Below, in pieces: positions 24,227 through 38,026 of a stretch of 64,000 nucleotides of DNA. Source of the DNA: Gekko japonicus (Eukaryota). Both the position numbers and the translations under genes were made by a program. Below the pieces are notes generated by a model. It made no database searches, was not told the DNA's origin, and saw nothing but the letters and a program-made list of their open reading frames with translations. Location: assembly GCF_001447785.1 (NCBI RefSeq), contig NW_015165831.1, positions 1,800,411 through 1,864,410 of the forward strand, written 5' to 3'. Numbering within the stretch: the stretch's first letter is position 1; each line of letters opens with the position of its first letter.

Positions 24227-24927
24227 CTGTAAGGAATTGAGAGCAATTAATGTCAGGATGCCAGAAGGGCTGACTTTCACTGATGGCTCAGCCCAATAAT
24301 CTTCCCCCACTCCTCCGCCCCCCCCACTCTGTCTCCAAAACACAAGCAATACCAGACACTGCCTATATGGTGATTTAAAGACTGCATCTGATAATCTTCT
24401 GCTCACACCCAGCTTTCTTTATAAACAAAGCTGGGATCTTAAGATTTTCAGATCCGCACTGTAGCCCTCATTTACCCCACTGTCACTGATATTCCATGAA
24501 CAGTGCCTAGCACAAAGGATCATTTTAGACCCCCATCAAATAGCAGCAAGAAGAGTGACTGAAAGGCCAGGAGCTAATTCAGTGTTTATTAACTATACAA
24601 TAGGGATGGACGTTAGACTGGTCAAAGAAGGCCTGGAGAACTGCTGGTCAGTTGAGTACCTGCTATCTAACTCACTAAATACAGTCAGTTATTATTAAAA
24701 AACTATCAGAAAATAAGCATAGTTTAGTTAATAATAGGCATGATAGCTTAATCAAACTGGTTAATGGTTAAGCAATTTATAATTTTTAATCGATCAGTGT
24801 TAGGCAAGTGAACAATTCACTGAACTGCTCTCTTCAGTCGCCACCCTGCCTGGACTACCTGCCAGCCCCACCCTGAACGGACATTGGAACAGCAGCCACA
24901 GTGGAGCAGCATGAACATGGTCCTTAC

Positions 24928-25173
24928 CCGTAGCGAGGTGAGTACGCGGATGGTGCTAGCGCCACAGTTCTGAATAAGTGTCCTGGGGATGACTTCTAGG
25001 GCTTGCGCAGCAGCACGGTAGGGCCACTGTTCCACCCCAGTCATGACCTTTGATTTCTCTGTCAAGTAATGAGCGACAGCCATCTCGGAAGCACCGCCTC
25101 CAGGAACCAGCTGGGCATCGATCATGACGTTGCGGCAGACTTGCATGGCATCATGGAGGTTGCGCTCCACCTC
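24928..25173 (-). CDS. CCT3: CCT3 exon 12 (EVERNLHDAMQV...VPGGGASEM...RVLTSLR)
   Basis: 246 nt, catalytic Asp (HDA) and GGGA motifs. Confidence 0.98.
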
Positions 25174-26029
25174 CTGTGAGAAGGGAGGATTGTGCAAAGG
25201 GTTCGTGCCTTGAGTAAACAAGGTTCAACAAGCTACAGAAATGCTCAAAGAATTGCTAGTGTGCTGCAAAATGTGAACTAGTGAAATCAAGTCTACCTAC
25301 CTACAGAGGAAAACTACCTACCCTGTCTCTGCATGAATCACAGTTCTGTCCTCACTAGCTTCCACCCAAGCTCTGGCAATTCTGCCAGGCCCTCTGCACT
25401 GGATGCAAACTGCAGTAGGAGTGCTTGAGTGCTCAGAGATGCCACCCACACCAGAAGAAGCTGCTCTGTCTCTGCAAGGGTCACTGCCCTAGTATTGAAC
25501 CTACCTTACGTATCATTAGACCACTAGTTTATCTAGTTAGCTGAGGATGGTCTATTCAGGCTGCCCAGGGTTTCAGAGTAAGACACTCCCCTAATTGCTA
25601 CTTGAGATCATTTAACTGGATGTCCCAGGGACTGAACTTGGGACCTTTCAGCATACAAAGTACATGCTCTACCACGAAGCTATGCCCCCTCTCCAACTGT
25701 ATCCTTCCAATCAGGAAGTGGGCTTTACTGAAGGCAGGTAGTTTTTATTCCTTAACACTCTAAGGGAGACATTTGTGTGTTAAGGAAAAAGTGTGCCTTC
25801 AGCTTTTTTCAGAATTAAAGTATGTCATGAGTTATATCAGCAGCATAAAAAGTACCTTTAGGTATGGAACACCATCCTGTGGGAGGCTAGGACACTGAGC
25901 TAGTTTTTAATTATGTAATTCAGTATAAACCATCTCAGAATTGGGGAACCTTTTACAGCTAGAACTCTCAAACTCCCATGTTCTCAGGCAAGACTCATCG
26001 TTCTCATTTCCCCAGGAAAGGTTACTCAC

Positions 26030-26210
26030 TGCTAGAATCTCTTTGCTGGCACCCCGAAGCATAATGGTGCAGGCCTTGGGCTCCTTGCAGTCAGTGATGA
26101 AGGTGAAGTACTCATCCCCAATCTTCTTCACTTCAAAAAGTGCTGCCCCAGTCCCAACATCCTCTTCACGCAATTCTTCTGGACGGCTGACAATACGAGC
26201 CCCGCAGGCC
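26030..26210 (-). CDS. CCT3: CCT3 exon 11 (RACGARIVSRPEEL...LRGASKEILA)
   Basis: 181 nt, phase 2 to 0. Confidence 0.97.
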
Positions 26211-26852
26211 CTATCACATAACAGCAAGAGAGACACCCACCCATGCTGAGGGTCTGTTTGAATCTGGAAGCAACAGCATTACAATTCTGCATACACCCAC
26301 TCTTCTCCCTCGGTGGACAGGCTTCTGTCACTAGGGGATGGCATGACTAACAGCGAATTCGAAAGATGTTCTGGGTCTCTGAACTTGCGCTGCCTCGTTA
26401 GGATGCCCATTTCCTTGCTCTGTCTAGTTTCAGAAAAGCTTACAGTAAGCCAGGTAATCAGCTTATATTTGCAGCAATTATAATGGAGCCTTTGAAATCC
26501 ATCAACCAGCTTCTCCTCGTAACGGCTGGCCCCAGGAGGAAAGGGAAGCTTTAAGAAATTTCCCATGGGGTTCTATTATGCTTCCCAACCTCTCCGTCCT
26601 TGTTTAAAATGCCAGACAGCAGGTCAGTCTAGAAATTTCATTCAGACAGCTGGTAGATACAGGGGAGCAAAATGGGAAATCTGGTGTCCCTCACCCTTCT
26701 TCTGTGGCTGTGTTGTACCAGCTCCTATCTTACCAATTCAGTGCAAACTGATGAAGTGAAGGAGAAGCAAAAGAACTCAAGAGCGACACCACCACGCACT
26801 TCCAAATTAGCTTAAGGGGTTCTCAGCCTAACTTGAAACAAGTTGGTCTCAC

Positions 26853-26934
26853 CTTGCAATCCGATTGTTATCTCCTTTCCTCACTCGGCGGATAGCACTA
26901 ATGTTGGCTCTCATCAGAAAGTGCTGGGCCAAGT
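26853..26934 (-). CDS. CCT3: CCT3 exon 10 (DLAQHFLMRANISAIRRVRKGDNNRIA)
   Basis: 82 nt, phase 1 to 2; absent from the ORF track, read manually. Confidence 0.96.
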
Positions 26935-27046
26935 CTGAAGCAAAGAGAAAAGTCCACTAAGCACCACACAAACACCTATAGCAAAAGCTTTTGAAGCTAG
27001 AGGGTCCCCCCCCCCCCCAAAAAAAAATAGGATGCAGGCTGCTTAC

Positions 27047-27179
27047 CTGAGATTCCCTTCTCCGTGATGATGAGATCTGGCTTGACTCTGATCAGGTGCT
27101 CAGACATCTGCTGAATGAACTCCTCCTCCATCTGCAAGATGCGGGTGAAGTCCTCCTCGCGGGTGATTTCAATGTCAGT
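27047..27179 (-). CDS. CCT3: CCT3 exon 9 (TDIEITREEDFTRILQMEEEF...ITEKGIS)
   Basis: 133 nt, phase 0 to 1. Confidence 0.97.
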
Positions 27180-27711
27180 CTGCATCAGAAAAGAACACCA
27201 ATGCTTCTGTCTGAGTCCAGCATTTTGGTTAAGGAACAAATCATGGCATTGTGGAATGTAAGCACGTTTATCTCTGAACAATGGAGCCCAGTTTCCATGG
27301 GGGCACTACTAGCTTCAGGATTAGCTTTCTTACATGCAAGGAGACAGCATTAAAGTAAAAGCTCTGTGTGTGCTACAGTTCCATTAAAGCACAGAAAGCA
27401 AACAAGATGCAGTAGAGAGCGATAAATTCCACTTTCATTTTTTTTAAAAAGGCAAGTTTCTGGTCTTATAGTTGCAGTGTCTTTTCAACAGAAGCTTCTT
27501 CCAGTCCGCTTTGTGACAAGCCTGAATATTTTTTGCCTCTGTGCAGACAAGTTGATACTCCTACTAACTTAAAAGAACTGTCAGTTAAAAGCAAGTATTC
27601 CAGCCACACAGTACACAGTCCTGTTGCCTTGAACTGGAGTTGGGAGAGAGCGTGTGTGTGTGTTTCCTCCCACTGAGAAAAACCAAGAACAGAAGTTTTG
27701 CCTACCTCTAC

Positions 27712-27915
27712 CAATGCTCCCTCTAAGCTCTGGAGTCCTGTGAGCAAAAATTCTACTTTCTGAGCTACTGGCATTAAAGCTGTGAGCAGGTGATTTGGCT
27801 ACTGCATAAATTAGTTTGCTCTGGAGCCATCCTTCCTGAGCGAAGGCAAAAATACGTGAGCTGGAGGCTAAAAAACTGAGCTAGCTCACAGTAACTCAGC
27901 TTAGAGGAAACACTG
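27712..27915 (-). mobile_element. hAT MITE, 204 bp
   Basis: TIR CA(A/G)TG(C/T)TCCCTCTAAGCT; exact 8-bp TSD ACCTCTAC. Confidence 0.9.
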
Positions 27916-28096
27916 ACCTCTACCTCTGAAGCAAATGGGAGGTTGCTTAACTGGTTAAACAAAGTAGTATTAACCTATGCCTGGACAGCATTCCCCAGTT
28001 AAAGTGCAGAGCAAGCTTCTAGTCCACATGGTTGTCAAGACATACTTGAAACTGTGGACCATTCCTGTTGAATTTCAATCTTGCCAGCCAACATAC

Positions 28097-28246
28097 CTGA
28101 CTCTCTCCTTTCTTGTACTCCAAAGAGCAGTCCAACAAGACAATGCGAGGGTTCTTGATGGTGCGACGCATTCGAGGGTGAGTGATATCTTTATTGAGCA
28201 TAACCCCACGCAGGACACACGAATCTTCAATAAAGCCGCCAGGAAT
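28097..28246 (-). CDS. CCT3: CCT3 exon 8 (IPGGFIEDSCVLRGVMLNKDITHPRMRR...LEYKKGESQ)
   Basis: 150 nt, ag/gt boundaries. Confidence 0.97.
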
Positions 28247-28800
28247 CTGGGGCGTGAAAAACCAGTCATCCAGATTGTGTAGCAAGGCAAACCAGTATCA
28301 AACACTTGCAAAGGAATTTCCTTCCATGTCCCAGTCACATGACCACCATAAGTTCAAGCAAAATACACTATTAAGCCTCAAACAGCTCAGTGACCGTGGA
28401 TGTTCATGTCATACGGCAAGGGAGCTAAGCCCTCCATGGGCCAGGAAGTAGTTCTGAACCTCACCCTTCTAAGGGATGGGCAGGGAGGAAAAACACCCCA
28501 GGGAAGGAACAGCAACTACTGGGCCTAGACACAGATTTAGCCAAGAATCTGTCACCCAACCTTTCAGCTTTTACTAGTCCCCCTCTTATAAAACATTTAA
28601 AGAAGCTGAAAAATGGTAATTAAATACCCCTCTCCTCTGAACTATGTTCTGGTGGGGGCAAAGTGCTGGATCTGGCCATAGCTGGAAAAAGAAGTGGCTT
28701 GCCACTTACAAATTTGTTAGCAGAAGTAACAGAGGGAAAGAAAGGATGCTGCAGCCCCTTGCCTTAAAAAAAAATGATCTTTGAGACTGACTCAGATGTA

Positions 28801-29081
28801 GAAGAAGAGATTGGATTTATACCCCACCCTTCACTACCCAAAGGAGTCTCAGAGCGGCTTACAAACTCCTTTCCCTTCCCCTCCCCACAACAGACACCTT
28901 ACCCTGTGAGGTAGGTGGGGTTGAGAGAGCTCTGACAGAAACTGCTCTTTTTCAAGAACAGCTGTGCCAGAACTGTGGCTTGCCCAAGGTCATCCAGCAG
29001 GTGCAAGTGGAGGAGTGGGGAATCAAACTCGGTTCTCCCAGATTAAAGTCTGCACACTTAACCACTACACCAAACTGGCTC
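28801..29081 (-). mobile_element. Squam3-like tRNA-derived SINE
   Basis: Head GAGCCAGTTTGGTGTAGTGGTTAAG, (TTC)n tail; family name from recall. Confidence 0.8.
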
Positions 29082-29240
29082 TCTCAGTTGAGCTGAGCAG
29101 GATCAATTCCTTTGTTACATACTGGAGAAACCAGAAATAAGGAAATGTCATCTATTCCCAAATCTCTTCTGCCGAGATCAACAGTAAGCACCACCTAGTA
29201 GGAGCACAAGAACACACACACACACAAAGTTCATCTGCAC

Positions 29241-29427
29241 CTTTTCTACTTTGGCGTATTTCTTGATGTCAATTTCTTTCCTGCCGTTCTCCTCAAATTC
29301 CACAGTCCTGACGGCATCCAAGGCAATGCCGCAGGCCAGGTCTGACCAGTGACTGAGCACCTTGGTGTTGATGGCGCTGTTGATGATTTTGAGCATGGCT
29401 TCACGGTTGCTGACATCAACTGGAATA
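29241..29427 (-). CDS. CCT3: CCT3 exon 7 (SIPVDVSNREAML...EIDIKKYAKVEK)
   Basis: 187 nt, phase 2 to 0, ag/gt boundaries. Confidence 0.97.
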
Positions 29428-30543
29428 CTGTAGAAACAGTGCACGAGGCACACAAACCAGACGACAAAAGACCCAACATTAACTGCTACTCAGTTTCCTA
29501 ACTGGCTGAGAAGGAGGTGACTTTGGGGCCTATTTATATAGCAAATGTAGATATTTGAAACTGAATTAGCAGTCATGGTTCCCTGCAGTGCTTTCATTTA
29601 AAAAGTGCCAGTACGTTTTTATTTACACACACAGTTGCACAGATTTCCACTAATTCCCGCTCTCTTGTACACATCCCCCACTAGGCTGTTCCAGAGGTTC
29701 CGCTCTCTCTTTCTCTGCCTGAGTGGAGCAAGGGGGTTCACGAGGATCAGGACTTTGAACAGCACTAAAAAAAGGTGCCAGTGCTCAGTACCAGCACAAA
29801 AAAACCACCTCTAGTTCCTCCAAAGGAACTCTGGGAACTGTTGTTTGAAATCATTAAGAATTCTTTGCCAGAAATCCCTAAAGCTGCTTCAAACAGCTAA
29901 AATCCCCATGTTTCCTTGGCTGGCAGGCATACCAATCTGACTAGTTTGAAACTGGTTTCAATTTGTAGTGTCATCTAAGTCACATCATTGGCCCATCAAG
30001 ATTCATACTATTCACTCCAAATCCAGTTCTCTAAAGCCTCGGGCAAGGAAATCTTTTCCACACCTGTTACTCAAGCTCCTTTAACTGGGAGGTATGGGAA
30101 ACTGAGCCTTGGCTCTATAGTCCCTCCCAAACATATGAAACTTCCTTATACTGCCATACTGTTGGTTCATTTATGCCAGTGCTTTACTCTAGATTGGAAG
30201 CAACTCTCCAAGGACTCAAGCCAAGGTCTTTCCTAGCCCTGCCACCCACTGATCCTTATCTGGAAATGGCAGTCCGTGAACCCAGTGCCTTCTACATGCA
30301 CAGTATGCTCTTTACCCTTTCCTTAAATGCAGATTTAAATCCAGATCTAATAGACAAGTGTTTTGGTACTAATTCAGTTGTTATACCTTTGGCAGTGCTT
30401 GCCCCCTGCTCTGTGCCCGCCACAGGCTTTGCTTCCCTTACTGATTCCTCCCAGAGGTGCCCAGGGATGCACCCAGCACGTTATGGTATACACACACACT
30501 GCGCTCTGTTCTCCCCACTCCCATTTCCAACCATCCAGCTCAC

Positions 30544-30661
30544 CTGATTTTTTTCAGTGCGCTAATCATGTCATCCAGTGCCTTACGGTATGCCCCAATG
30601 ATTACTGTCGGGTGCATCTGCTGCTCCAGGAAATGCTCCGCAACTGCCAGCATCTCTCCAG
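30544..30661 (-). CDS. CCT3: CCT3 exon 6 (AGEMLAVAEHFLEQQMHPTVIIGAYRKALDDMISALKKI)
   Basis: 118 nt, phase 1 to 2, ag/gt boundaries. Confidence 0.97.
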
Positions 30662-31041
30662 CTAAACAGCGAGCAGAAACCAGTGAAACAGAGCTGTTAC
30701 TTCTGCCATTTGTTAAGCTTGCATTGCGAAGAAGCACCACAACGAAGAGGACGATTCTCACTGATATAAATGCTTCTGAACTGCATGCATTCCAAACTAG
30801 AATGTGCTTTGAGCCCAATCCTTTAGCCCTTTCCCAACTGCCTTTCACCTAGGCTGGTGCAAAAAGGGCAGCACTTCTGGTCACAGAAGAGGAAGAAGAG
30901 TCTCAGACAGCAACGTTCTTCGGGGTCCAAGGCACAAAGAGCTGCACGAGATCAACAGGCCACTTCCTTTCCTACTCTGCAGGGCTTCTGATGGGGCAGA
31001 CTTTGGTCGCCAAGGACAGCCTCAGATCAAGGAGAGAAGAC

Positions 31042-31227
31042 CAAGGCTCCCTCTAAGCTGTGGAGTCTTGTGAGCAAAAATTCTACTTTGTGAGCGACTG
31101 GCATTACAAGTTGTGAGCAAGCGATTTGGCTCCTGCATAAATTAGTTTGCTCTGGAGCCCTCCTTCCTGAGCTAAGACAAAAATATGTGAGCCGGAGGCT
31201 AAAAAACTCAGCTTAGAGGGAACACTG
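31042..31227 (-). mobile_element. hAT MITE, 186 bp, same family
   Basis: Same TIRs; exact 8-bp TSD GAGAAGAC. Confidence 0.9.
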
Positions 31228-31795
31228 GAGAAGACTCCCGAACTGGTTCACCAATATGCAAATGTCTCTGCTCCCAAATGAACCAGCATATCCCCCTGCC
31301 TCTGGCTTCCAACTCCCACTTGCCAAGAACATCAGAGGAAAGGGAGTCAGTAGCGAAGTACCCCTCCACTATGCCTCAGTCAAGTTCCATTCATTAAAAA
31401 ATGCTCATTCATTTTATGATGTTTGAATTATTTTACTTTTATGTTGAAAAGTGGCATACAAATAAAACAAGCTTGATCAACTAGAACAGTTTTCCCCACA
31501 AGCCCTGTTGAAATGAAAGGGAGCTACACAAGAGCACTACCACGTTTTTGGGATTCTCCCATTCATTTCAACAGGGTGTGCAGCAGAAGAATGTCCAAAA
31601 AGTATACCTCCTGTGAGACAAATCTTCCAATTTCACACCTTGTTAGCCTTCATGACACCAAAAACACATCACTCCAAGCAACCTCATGTCTACTCTACAG
31701 CAGGGATACCTCTGGTTTTAAAGAAACACCAGTCATGTGGCCATCAACTGTATTCATGTGCAAGAGAGAAAGTATCACACACCCAGAGCGCTTAC

Positions 31796-31892
31796 CGAGT
31801 ATAATGACAGAAGTGGTCCCATCACCCACTTCTTCATCCTGAGTGCGGCTGATTTCAATCATGGTCTTGGCAGCTGGATGCTGGACCTGAAT
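31796..31892 (-). CDS. CCT3: CCT3 exon 5 ([32 protein letters not shown])
   Basis: 97 nt, GDGTTS ATP-binding motif. Confidence 0.98.
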
Positions 31893-33011
31893 CTGTTAGA
31901 AGGGAGAAAGCATGTGCCATGAATTCTGGAGCACCTCTGCTCCCCCAAGCTCTACTGGAATCTCTTCAAATACACTAAAGGGTTGAATGGGGCCAATGTA
32001 GAGGCTGGAGGAGGTAGAACAGCTGACGCTAACGGACATGGACCCAAGCAGCACTTGGATGTATTCGTATGTTAGCTGTATTTCCATGGAGGAAAAATAG
32101 AAGATAACTAACAAACAAAGCATGGTAATATACTTCCCAAAGGGGATATTTCCTCATGTTCACTGCATAAGGACAACGGCAGTGGTCAGAACACCAGGGA
32201 AAGAGACAGAAGTTTTATATTCAGATGCATCTTTCTCAATTGTTAGTGCAAAGAGATGAGTCAGGAGTCACACTCCATCGGAAGCCCTTTTGTAATATTC
32301 TGATCTATTTTAAGCCAGCAGAGATCAATTGGTCAAAACAGAGCAACTTGTTTCAAAATTCCAAGGTGTACCTTTACCAATAATTTTATGAAAGCTGAAA
32401 GGGCATTTACTACTGAAACATTTTCTGCCTCAGCAGGAGGTCTTTGCTCTCAAAATATATTCTTAAATGTTTGTGCTATGAACATTCTATTATTAACTAA
32501 CAACTAATGTATGATTTACGTGTGCATCTTTCACTTTGACCATCCAGCGAAGACAAGAGAAAACCAATTCTGGGCACAATTCACTGTCAAACCTAGGGGG
32601 AGAATGAGGTGGTGCCACCAGTAGAATTAACAGGATGCCCAAAGTGGAAGCATACTAATAATGAGAAAGTGAGAGAAGGATCAATGTGATTACTAGGTTT
32701 AAGGAAGAGAGGCTCAGAGCAATACTAACAGTAGGAACCTTGATGGGATTGGGTTGTGGTGTTTTTTTTTGAGGAGGTCTATTTGGAATACCAGTAAGAA
32801 GGGCAGTACATGTCAACCACAGGATTATAGTGCCAGGAAACTTCAAGCAACCTAGCCATTCAATGCAAGCCTATATCTGGGGCCTCCTAATTTGCTTCTC
32901 CAAGTCTCAAACACTATCTAGTGGGGATCACTGTTCAATTTTCAAATCTTACCCCATATTTGGGGCATACTAAGACACCAAAAACCTGGTGTCAGAACCT
33001 AGATGACTTAC

Positions 33012-33074
33012 TTCTCTAAGGATAGCATTGCCATCGTTGGTCATGACGATCCCACCCATGGGGTCCAACAGCAT
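33012..33074 (-). CDS. CCT3: CCT3 exon 4 (MLLDPMGGIVMTNDGNAILRE)
   Basis: 63 nt, ag/gt boundaries, TNDG motif. Confidence 0.97.
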
Positions 33075-33209
33075 CTGTGTCAAAGATTTAAGAACATTTC
33101 TGTTAGCTTTCAAGAAATGGGTCAGTCAAAACACAAGCACAACAATATTCACGTTATATGTTTTATTGCAAGTTTTAAAAATCCAGTGAAAGAAAAATGC
33201 ATTTCTCAC

Positions 33210-33260
33210 TTTCATCATAGCTCTTGGTCCCAAGCATGTTCTGATAATATCAGCTATGGT
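33210..33260 (-). CDS. CCT3: CCT3 exon 3 (TIADIIRTCLGPRAMMK)
   Basis: 51 nt, ag/gt boundaries, chaperonin LGP motif. Confidence 0.97.
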
Positions 33261-35744
33261 CTGAAAAGAAAAAAACCACAATTTTAGAAGAAAAACTAAG
33301 ACACCCACAATGTGAAAGCTGGACCTTGGATTTCAAACACGTAACACAGCATCTTTGAATTTTGTATGAAGTATTCATGAACATTCTAACTGTTCAGAAG
33401 GAAGCTACCACCAACAGATGGCATCAAGACCACGAGTGCCACACACTGCATCAGAATACAAAGTCAAAAATTCTGTTCTATTATACCTGGATCCCATTCG
33501 TTCCTAAAGTTGCAAAGAGAAAAGCCAATTGTCTTTAAAAACACAGAGCAAGCAGATAATTAACAGTACAATCCTAAACAGCTATTTCTTAGCCCCCTGA
33601 GGTCAGCGGGCTTAGAAAGGGAGACCCCTGTTTATAACCACACTGGGAACAATTTCACTGAAGCAAGGTTCCATGTGACTGAGTTTGCAGAAGATTCAGT
33701 GAGCAGTTGGAAAAAAGTGGTCTTGCTGAGCAACATAGGTTGAACAACAACAACAGGAGCACTGCAAGGTGGACACACACTGATGGGACCTCCCCCTTCA
33801 GCAGGCCCTGGCAGAGACAGATTCCGTGCCCATCTCTGAGCCTGTGGTGTCCGACAGAAACATCTGACCAAGTCTGAAGTATTCACCTGAGGGTTTTAGG
33901 TGTTTTTAACACTGTTCTGGCCTTCCCATAGTCCTTGTCATTGACCATCTCTGACAGGAAAGGTTTGTGGCTTGCTTTGCATATAGGCTGCCAGTTCACT
34001 GCATTTCAGCAGACTCGTATGCCCATGAAACCAACAACAAAACAACACAAAGGTCTATAGCACAGGCAGCCAATCTTTTCTTTAATGAAAAATATCCAAA
34101 GCTACCCCCCACCCAACACTGCATGTTTCCAAGTTTTGTTCTGTCTCAGAAATAGTGCAGGGACTAGGAAAAGCACCAGAAATGAAGCTATCAGCTAAGC
34201 AGCACTGGGGGGGGGGGGGGATCCTTTGAAAAAACTGGGTTTTTTTTTTTTAAAAAAAAAAGCTAGTATTTTTCTTTTCTGTTTTTCTGAGTCATCTAAG
34301 AGATGCAGAAGCTACTCTGCAGCAGTCAGTGAGCTATTGGTAGGAGACCTACTAGAGGTCTCTTGTCTACAGAATGACTAGTCTCTAACCAGAAGAAGAA
34401 ATCGCTGTGTGTAAAAGACAAAGCAAGTTAAGAAGGCTAACAGTGAAGTGCACAGCAGATTTTCTCCAAGCCTAAAGGTAATTTGAGGCCAGAGAGTTTG
34501 TAAAGGTTCTGCAGCATTCACCTGGAAACTTTCTTCCTACAGTTTGGTACCTGTAGACAAATATTGCTCTCACAGGGTGTTGGGACTCCACTGCTTCCAT
34601 TCTTGGCTCCATCAATAAAAATGGCAGGAAAATGGTGGTATTAATTAATTTAACAAAAGAGGTAATGGGCTGAACATGACATATTGATTTCAACCAGCCA
34701 GCTTGCCCGATTTGGTTGCAGGTCTGTAACCTACTCCTGCAGTATTCAATGGGGTGGGTCCCACAGATCTGTTCCACTAATGGTGGCACTTTCCTCCAGT
34801 GCGGAGACTCTAACAGGGGAAGGCTCCTTGCATCCAGAGAAGTGCCCTGATAGCAAAATAAATCTCAAAATAAATATTTCGAGATCCAGCCCACTGATTA
34901 CAATCCAAGGTTTCATTTAGCAGCCATTGATATTGGAGTGCTCTTCTTCTGCTATATTCAGGATTAGTAATTTCACTTCTGTTATCTGTTATGTACAGAT
35001 TGCTGGTAAGAATGAGAACAGATCATATATCCTTCTTTCAAGAGCAACAGTATTGCCTAGTTCCTCAGTTTCACCTTTGTGTGAATATGGCACAGAGAAA
35101 AGCAATCAAGGTATTTAGCTGGTGGAAACAGGCATGTTGGGGTTATGGCCATAGGGACTGAGGGGCGGACCCTCACAATACAGCATGAGCTGCCCTGGAG
35201 GTATAACCCTATAATGTCCTCCCAAGTCCCTGCCCCTTCAGAAGCATTACAACATTTCCATGCCATGCACAGTTTGCTGAATGCCACCTGCCATTTAGAG
35301 AGGTTCACCTTCCTCTATGGCACTACTGACACCTGTTAAGTTCAGGCATACAAAGACAGGAACACAAAGACAGAACAGCAAAATCTGGGATTACACACAA
35401 TTGGTTGCATCTAGGCACATTGCTTCTTGAGACACACTCACACAATGCAGCACATAAGCAAATCAACAACTGAAACAGACGAGCACCCTGTCACTATGAT
35501 GCCTACTCTGCAGTGCCAGTGTCATCCTGCATTTACTGATCCTGAGCTGATGTGCCTGTGGATAGAACCGAGCCTAAAAGTCAGTGCACCAGCATGCAAC
35601 TACTTAGAAGTTGGTAGTTATATGTGAGAACTGCAGAGGAAAGCTTCCTGCTGGATAGTGCCCAGATACACATAGTGCTTCAGTTACAGCTCTGTTCAAG
35701 AGGAAGGAGCATCTGGCTGGACTTTGTGCTTTCAGTCTTTTGAT

Positions 35745-36093
35745 AAAAGGAAGTACTTCTTCACCCAAAGAGTGATTAACACATGGAATTCACTGCCACA
35801 GGAGGTGGTGGCGGCTACAAGTATGGACAGCTTCAAGAGGGAATTAGATAAGCATATGGAGCAGAAGCCCATCAGTGGCTATTAGCCACAAGGTATGGAT
35901 AGGAACTCTCAGGCTGGGGCACGTGATGCACTGTATTCTTGGTGCTTGGGGGCAACAGTGGGAGGGCTTCTAGTGTCCTGGCCCCACTGCTGGACCTCCT
36001 GATGGCACCTGGTATTTTTGGCCACTGTGTGACAGTGTTGGACTGGATGGGCCATTGGCCTGATCCAACATTGGCTTCTCTTATGTTCTTATG
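35745..36093 (+). mobile_element. CR1-type LINE 3' end (related minus-strand pieces near 9325-9480 and 16145-16700)
   Basis: RKYFFTQRVINTWNSLPQEVV reading and TTATGTTCTTATG tail. Confidence 0.8.
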
Positions 36094-36875
36094 AGCTCTA
36101 AGCCTTCACAATTTCACTAATGATGGATTCTATGCTCTGAGGTCCTAAACTGATTTGGATAAACCCTGCAGCTTGTGTACAAATGCAGCCTTCCAACTCA
36201 GCCACAGATTTTTTTTTTTAAGATATCAGCAGGATGGGAAGATAGAATTGAGCAGAACATAACTTTACTGCAGAACAGCTGCAAGTACCTTGCTAGTCAT
36301 TGCGTAAACAAATACCTCAACAACAGGAATCAATTCTTAGCAACTATTTCAAAAGAGTTTGGGAGAGTATATGCAGAGTTAATCCATTTTATCCTCACAG
36401 CCACTCTATGGAGTAGGATTAGACTGAGAGAGCAAGTTACCAGCCCAAATCCAAGGTGAATACTCCATCTACCACACCACGTCACTTTCAGCGTACCCAA
36501 CAGTAAAGTGGGTTTCTCATGTCAAAGATTAAAAAACAAAATCAGCAACTTGATCCCTCAAATAGCAAAGCTGATAGCTACATGCCTATCAGTAAGACAG
36601 CAAACCTGGGCTACCTGCAGACACAGTAGGAGTTTCCACATCGCTGCAGAGTGACAGATATACAGAAAAATATTACTGAGTAAATTGAGGAGAGAGATCT
36701 CTCCCGCCTCCCCAACAGCCTGATGAGATAGAAGCAAGGCCAATGCTCTTAGAATATTGAGTCACTTAAAGAAGCTCTCAGGAATAAACTGACCAGCGCA
36801 ATCAATAAGAGTTCATACACAGATTTTAGTCCAGTAGTACCACCTTAGAGTCCAACAAGAGTTTCTAAGGTGCTA

Positions 36876-37194
36876 AATAAATGTTAAAGTTTCCCCTGCT
36901 CAAAAGCCAGTTGAGACCAACTCTAGGGGGCAGTGCTCATCTCCGTTTCCAAGCCGAACAACCAGTGCTGTCCGAAGACGTTTCCGTGGTCATGTGGCCG
37001 GCATGACTAAATGCTGAGGTGCACGGAACGCTGTTACCTTTCCACCAAAGTGGTACCTATTTACCTACTTGCAATTTCTTGTTTTCGAACTACTAGGTTG
37101 GCAGAAGCTGGGGCGAGCTCACTCTGTCACACGGCACTAGGATCTTGAACTGCTGAGCTACCAACCTTCCAGTCTGCAGCTCAGCGTCCTCACC
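36876..37194 (-). mobile_element. Sauria SINE inserted into a Penelope-like terminal fragment
   Basis: Similar to 827-1176; 14-bp TSD TTTCTAAGGTGCTA at 36862-36875 and 37195-37208. Confidence 0.85.
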
Positions 37195-37964
37195 TTTCTA
37201 AGGTGCTACTGGACTCAAATCTAACTGTTCTACTGCAGACCAACATGGCTATTCTCTGAAAGAGTTCATACAGTAAACAGCAAATATGGGTTGGCAGAAG
37301 ATTTTGCAAATTCTACGCAGCTCTCATAGTTGAAACTGAATTCTCCCTCCTCCTGTTTTCTCCTCTATCCATCCCTTATAGCTGCCAACCCCCCATTGTA
37401 TTCAGACGCAACAGGCTGAACACTACAGACTCCTTCAGGACCATCTTCTCCCTTACCATCCAGACTGCCAGGAAAGATCTGGCCCTCATGCCCGACTCTC
37501 TGTGAGTGGCAATTAGAGACAGGGCATTTTCTGCAGTGGCATCGCACTTCTGGAATGCGCTCCACCCCTTCAAGCTTGCTGGTGCCTACTTTACTTTCTT
37601 TCAGGCACCAGGCCAGAACACATCTTTTTACCCAGGCTTTTAATCACAGGTTTTACTTATATTCAAGGTATAAGCTTCGTGTGCCTTTACCAGCTTTTAA
37701 AATGGTCTGTTTTATGGATAGCTTTTACGCTGTTTATGTCTAATGACTTCTTTTGGTATTGTTATACTGTGTTAATTTAAGCCACCTTGAGCAGTACTTT
37801 GCCACCATTAGCAAAAGAGATCTACAGAATCCAACCCACTGCTTATAAAGTAGTCTGGCTACAGATCAGTTTTTAATACTGCAACTTGGCAGACTAATAA
37901 CTAATAGACAAACTACATTTCTCTCCTTGCTGCGTTTCCAATGTTTCACGTCAAGAAAGCATAC

Positions 37965-38026
37965 CTTAGCAGCATTAATGTTTCCAGCCTGGACTTTTCT
38001 CCCGGTCTCACGCTTTGTGTTCTGAC
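37965..38026 (-). CDS. CCT3: CCT3 exon 2 (SQNTKRETGRKVQAGNINAAK)
   Basis: 62 nt, ag/gt boundaries, phase 1 to 0. Confidence 0.97.
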
